Assembly: GCA_963693365.1 (NCBI GenBank)
Contig: CAVNZM010000005.1
Coordinates: 7,200,710-7,264,709, forward strand
From: Amoebidium appalachense
Lineage: Eukaryota > Protista > Ichthyosporea
Direction of reading: 5' to 3'
Length of the DNA stretch: 64,000 nucleotides
The notes under the pieces are model-generated. The model ran no database searches. It had not been told where the DNA came from and saw only the letters and a program-made list of their open reading frames with translations. How positions within the stretch are numbered: the first letter of the stretch is position 1; every line of letters begins with the position of its first letter. Shown in pieces: positions 58,866 to 64,000 of the stretch. The position numbers were made by a program, and so were the translations under genes.

Positions 58866-59016
58866 CCCCCTTCCCGGCAAAAGAAAAAAAAAACACCTAT
58901 CCACCCACCCACCCACCCCGCCCCATCCCCCGCGGCTCTACTTCCATGTGGTTGTGCTTTGCAAAGCCTGCCTTGTGTTGTCCGTCGTGGATTTGGACTT
59001 CGTATACCCCATGCCA

Positions 59017-59051
<35 letters not shown>

Positions 59052-60818
59052 TTCTTCCCCCTGTCTTCTTTTTTTTGAGTTACTCCGTTGGCTTCCTGTG
59101 ACGACATGAGGTTTGGGTGGGTGGAGAGGTGTTGCAGGTCAAGTTGTGTGTGGTGGGGGGCGGGGGGGGGGGGGGGGGAGGGGGGGGGGGAGGATCGGGG
59201 GGGGGGGGGGGGGGAGGAGTGTGTGTGTGTGTGTGTGTGTGTTTGAGAGGGGGGAAAGGGGGGGGGGGAGGTGAGAGGGGAGTAGGGTTGGTGAGGGTGG
59301 GAAGGTGGTTTTTTTTTTGGGGGGGGGGGGGGAGGGGGAGGGGCAGTAGCGTGTGCAGGTGGGTTGGTGTGGCTGTGTGGTCGAGTGGGTTCATCCATGG
59401 GTACATGGATGTGTGTGTGTGGGTGGGTGGTGGCGGTGGTGGTGTGTGTGTGCATGTGCGTGTGTGGGGGGAGGGGGCGAGGGGGGGTGGGGGGGTGGGG
59501 GGGGGGGGGTAATATGATGTGGCAACGGCCAGTGCTTTGTTTCTTCCATGGCTCTGCATCCTATACGCTCTCCTGACCCTTTGCTTTCTCCATCCATCCC
59601 TCCTTTCCTCCCCCGATTTTTTTTTTATTGTAGGAAGGAGGAGCCACCCAAGGAACCCCCAAAGCCCAAAACCGCACCAGCAGCAAAACAACAGGCAAAC
59701 GCCAAGAAGCACGAACAGGCAGAGGTCGCCCCAGCCCAGGCACACCACCAGCCCGCATCAGCAGAGCAGCAGCAACACGTAGACGAACAACACGTCGAAC
59801 ACGTCGGTGAAACGCACGCGCATGCAAACACAGAAAGCCACAACGAGGCACCACACGTCGACACCCATGCGGTGGAAACGGTAGCGGAGAGCAGCACCGG
59901 CCACGAGTCACAGCACGTCGCAGAGGAAACCGCACACGAAATTGCGCAAGGGTTGGAGGAGGAGGAACACGCAACGAGCGAGGTTTTGGCACACACACAT
60001 GCACAGGCACAGGCACATGCACATGCACCCCCTGCAGAGGTGGTTGCACCTGCACCTGCCCCACAGCCGAAACCGGCATCACCGGCACTGGCTCAGCCTC
60101 GGGTTGAGAAGGTGAGGGATGTTAAGGGAGTGTGTGCAGGGTATGTGCGGATGTTGCCGGAGGAGGGGTAGGGGGGGGAGAGGAGATAGAAGGGGAGAGG
60201 GGAGTGGTATTTCCTGGGAGTGGTATCTTCTGTTCTTTTTAGGAAGTGAGTGTGCTGGTGACGGTGGCTGTATGTTGTCCTTTTGGGGGGGAAGGAGAGG
60301 GGGAGGAGGGGGAGAGAGAGAGAGAGAGAGAGGGAGGAGGAGGGGGAAGGGGTACGGGATGTCTTTACAAGTGGTGTATGTGTGTGGTGTGTTCTTGTGT
60401 ATATGGTGTCGTACGTTTGCGTTGCGTGCGCGCACTAATCAAAGGATATTATGTGGCATACTTCGCTCAAACACAAGCGCGCGCGCACACACACACACAC
60501 ACAGACACACACACACACAGGCAGAGGCACAGGCACAGGCACAGGCACAAGCACACAAATGCACGCGCATACACGAGCACTGAGGAAAGCCACAGCCATA
60601 GCACACGCGCACAATCAATTCACATAAGCCTGTCATAGTTTTCTATGCACCCACACCCACAGGCACACGTACAGGCACAAGAACACAGAAAAACCCCAAC
60701 GATATCCCTCGTACACGATCACCTTACCGAAGCCCGTGTCAATAGTTCTATGCCCATAATAAGGGCATAGCCATGATCACACCCACACCACCCGACCTTC
60801 AACATCAATCACGAGCAC

Positions 60819-60886
<68 letters not shown>

Positions 60887-61224
60887 AGAGAGAGACGTGC
60901 ACGCACAGGCACACCCACATACACACGTCACAACGTCACATACCGGCGCACACATGCACACGTATCAATCACGTGTTTCCACCACATTCATGTCTAACCA
61001 TCAAATGACTTCAGCAGGAGAAGGTTATCGAGCGGCCCACCACCCGGTCCCCAGCCCCCCAGGTGGTTAGGCGCCAGCCCGTGGCCCCATCCGCACCAGT
61101 GGTGCTGCCACGTGCACTGGTAGGTGAACTTGGTGAATGGCATAAAACTTTAAAGTTTTTGACTTTTTTTTAAAAAAATATTTCGTGTGTTAAGGGGGGA
61201 GGGGGGCGTGAGGGTGTGTGTGTG

Positions 61225-61274
<50 letters not shown>

Positions 61275-61441
61275 AGACAATGTTTTGTAGTTTGTGGTTG
61301 CATGGAAGGGTTTGGGGGCTGTAGTTTGGGGTAGAAGGGAAGTGGTGTGGGAGGTTAGGAGCGGTCGAGGGTTTGGGTGTGTGGGTGTGTGTGTCTTGTG
61401 TGTGTGTTTGTGTGTGTTTTTTTTTCCATTTGTGTGTGTGT

Positions 61442-61473
<32 letters not shown>

Positions 61474-63673
61474 GTTTGTGTGTGTGGGGGGGGGGGGGGG
61501 GGGGGGGGGGGGGCGTATTGTGTCCTTGCATGACATGGAGGAGGTTAGTGGTGTGTGGGTGGAGGGAGTATGTGGGGGTGGCATTGGTGGGGGGTGCTAG
61601 AGAAATGGAAGGAGGGGGAGGGGGGAGGAGGGGACCATCTTCTTGTGGCCAAGAGCCCATACAGAAGGAATGGGGTGCCCGCACTGGGAAGCTGGGGTTT
61701 TTTTGCATGTGTGTGTCTGAAGGTGTGTGTATATGTGAGCTTTGACTTGCGTGCGCACAGGCGTGTACGTGGGCGGGGGCCGGGGGGAGGTGGGGGAAGG
61801 TGGGGAGGGGGGGGGGGGGGGGGGGGGGGGGGCATCGGTACTTTGTTCTGACAAATTACGACAGGAAATCGACAGCAGCTTCACGCTTGGCCTTACCTTT
61901 GGCATGCCCTCACCGAGTGAGCAGGCACCTCCCAGGTAAATATTCTTATGCTATATGAATAAAAAAAGCACGCAGGTTGACCGTACGTAGATAGGCACAT
62001 TGTACACAGCACGAGGGTTTCAGGTGTCTTGGTTTGATGAGTGCATGTGTGGTTGGCTGTGTGTCTTTATGCCTGCCTGCTTGGTAAACACTTGTGCATC
62101 GCTAATGTGTGATTGTCTTCCTGTGTGCATAGCATGTGCCGCTGTTTGATTGAGTGTGCATGTTCTTGGGTGCTTGGGCCGTGCGTGCATGGTTTTCCTG
62201 TGTGCTTTTGCTTACATTATAGAAAGGGCGTGCTCCGCAAGGGCATGTGTGCATGTGTGTGTGGGTGTGTGTGTGCCCCGGTGTTCGTGTCTGCACGATG
62301 CATCCTTACGTTGGCTGTTACCCTCCTTTGAGCTTCATGGAAAGCAACCCCCCCCCCCCCCCCTCCCCCCCTCTCCAGGAGGTTTTCGTTGGGCTGTGTG
62401 TGTTTTGCATACTGATGCGTGGTCATGCTTCCTGTGTGTCTGCTTCGTGTATGTTGCTGTATCTCGTTAATATTGCATGCTGCGCAGTTCCTCCTGTCCC
62501 TCCAGGACGAGATGTGTGTTTTTGTGTGGGTGTGGGTGTGTGTGTGTGGGGGGGGGGGGGGGGGGGGGGGGGGGGATGGGCGGCCAGGGGGGGGGGGGGG
62601 GGATGCTACTCATGCACGTGTTTGTCCCTCCTGACGAATGTGGTGTGTTTGTGTGTGTGTGTGTGCACGCGGGTGGTGTGGGAGGGGCGCAGAGGGGGGG
62701 GGGGGGGGGGGGGGATAGAAGGAATGCTCCTCAATTATGTGTTCGAACGTGTTTTTGTTTCCGCACATCCTCTGTGCGCTCTTCACCTTCCCTGCACTTT
62801 AGTCTCCAATTCCGTGATTTTCACCTTACCATACCCTTTTCCACCCACCCGCACAGCCCCAAGGTGAAACCCATGGGTAGCCCGCTCATTGCTCCGGCCG
62901 AGCTCTCAGCCCCCAGCCAATCCGTCGAAACCATCCCCACCTCCCTACCACACACCCCCTCCCAGCCGTCTCTCGCGCCGGGCGCGCCCCCATCCCAACC
63001 CCAACAACCCCCTGCCCAGGTGCCCACCGCTAGCACCACGGCCACCCCTCTTCTCCCCACGCCACCCAAAATGCCCGAGAGCGCAGAGCCGGCGGCACCC
63101 TCCCCAATGCAGATTCCCTCCTCGTCTGTCCCCCAGCAGGCACCATACATGTCTATGGGCCACATGCAACAGCAACAGGTACAAGGTGCACAGAGCATGT
63201 CCCCCCCGGGTGTCCAGCGCACCACCATTCACCAACAACAACACCAACAACAGCAGCAACAGCAACACACCCCGGGTGTGTTCCAACCGCAGTCCAGCCA
63301 CGGGCACCTCCCCACCGAGCCCAAGCAGTTTATCCCTGGGCTTATGGCCCAGTCTGCGCCCCAACCATCAAACACCACCCAGGGAACCAACACCCTGCCC
63401 CAACAACAGACACCACAGCAGCCCACCCCCCAAATACAGCAACAGCAACCCCAGACCTCAGCATTCCCCCAGCCCGGTTCATTCCAACAGCAACCGGCAC
63501 CCGGAACCGGAGCCGGTGTGCAGGCGCAGCAGCAGGCTGGAGCTGTGTCAGCGAATCAGAATGCACCGCAGGCACCGCCGGGTATTTCGGGCCAGGCTGG
63601 CCCGGCCCAACCCGCCACGGTGGGCATGGCTGGCCCGTCGGCAATGGCTGCAAGGCACAGGCAGTACCCCCAG
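53922..63673 (+). CDS. UBAP2/UBAP2L/Lingerer-like (Def1-related) protein: UBA domain, RG-rich region, Q/P-rich C-terminus; continues past the window
   Basis: Exons 53922-53975, 54732-54810 (KPTEQQVMLTKIL), 55459-55572 (VRQVKDVTGCKLGDEAILDILHNNGYDVNTAANFIF, UBA-like), 55980-56114 (EEWTETKRKGKK), 56834-56907, ~57834-58063 (GRGGRGG), ~58635-58827 (TWANLL), ~59634-60111, ~61015-61120 (PVVLP), ~61865-61935 (LGLTFG), ~62857-63673. Confidence 0.85.
58290..58370 (+). repeat. Structured dispersed repeat family, copy H (decayed fragment)
   Basis: ggataggctctatttataatgcat…tttgcaccctgcattgtgttgtccgttatgaatg is the reverse complement match to 12040-12110. Confidence 0.7.
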
Positions 63674-64000
63674 GTGCGTTGCAAGGGTGATTTGGGTTGG
63701 CCTGGCCTGATTTATGCAGAATGATGGGCAGAGGCGCACACACCCGTGTGGCGGGCTGGTTTTTTTGGGTTTGATATGTGTGGTTGGCTGTGTGTGTTCC
63801 GCGAGGAGTGCCTATAGGGGACGAGGAACCGAGGGTGAGGCGGTATGTTTGTAGTAGTGGCCAGAAGGTGTGTGAGTGGAGAAGTGGGGCAGACGGGGGT
63901 GCAGAAGGCAGATGGTGTGGTCATCGAGGTGGAGCCGGCAGAGGGGCGGAGGGGGGGGGGGGAGAATGGGAGGGCATGGGCCCCCCGGGGGGGTGGGGGG

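Noticed and set aside
60748-60770. ctatgccc/gggcatag hairpin
   Set aside because: An 8-bp stem is expected by chance and no second copy was seen.

Overview
This is intron-rich eukaryotic DNA saturated with (CA)n/(GT)n, (GA)n and poly-G/poly-C tracts, so almost all ORF-track entries are microsatellite artefacts. Manual GT-AG exon assembly gives five genes. (1) The 5' part of a mitochondrial, fungal Arg6-like acetylglutamate kinase (- strand, 335-3219). (2) A small charged helical protein (-, 19941-25193). (3) A ~21 kb phospholipase C-gamma-like gene (+, ~26150-47650; X box, split PH, SH2-SH2, then divergent SH3/Y/C2) with a frameshift and active-site changes. (4) A type I membrane protein with a YQRV tail (-, 47760-52587). 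(5) A UBAP2/UBAP2L/Lingerer-like gene (+, 53922 to the end). One ~6 kb PLC intron holds a fragmented APE-RT LINE, a second LINE 3' end, other insertions and an intact tRNA-Glu(TTC). Having both PLC-gamma and an arginine-biosynthesis kinase suggests a unicellular holozoan (inference). The most interesting signal is a dispersed repeat (about 8 copies) whose stems covary between copies and which carries hammerhead-like GAAA / GUC / CUGANGA boxes in a non-canonical layout. Second is that two LINE 5' ends each face a tRNA sequence.
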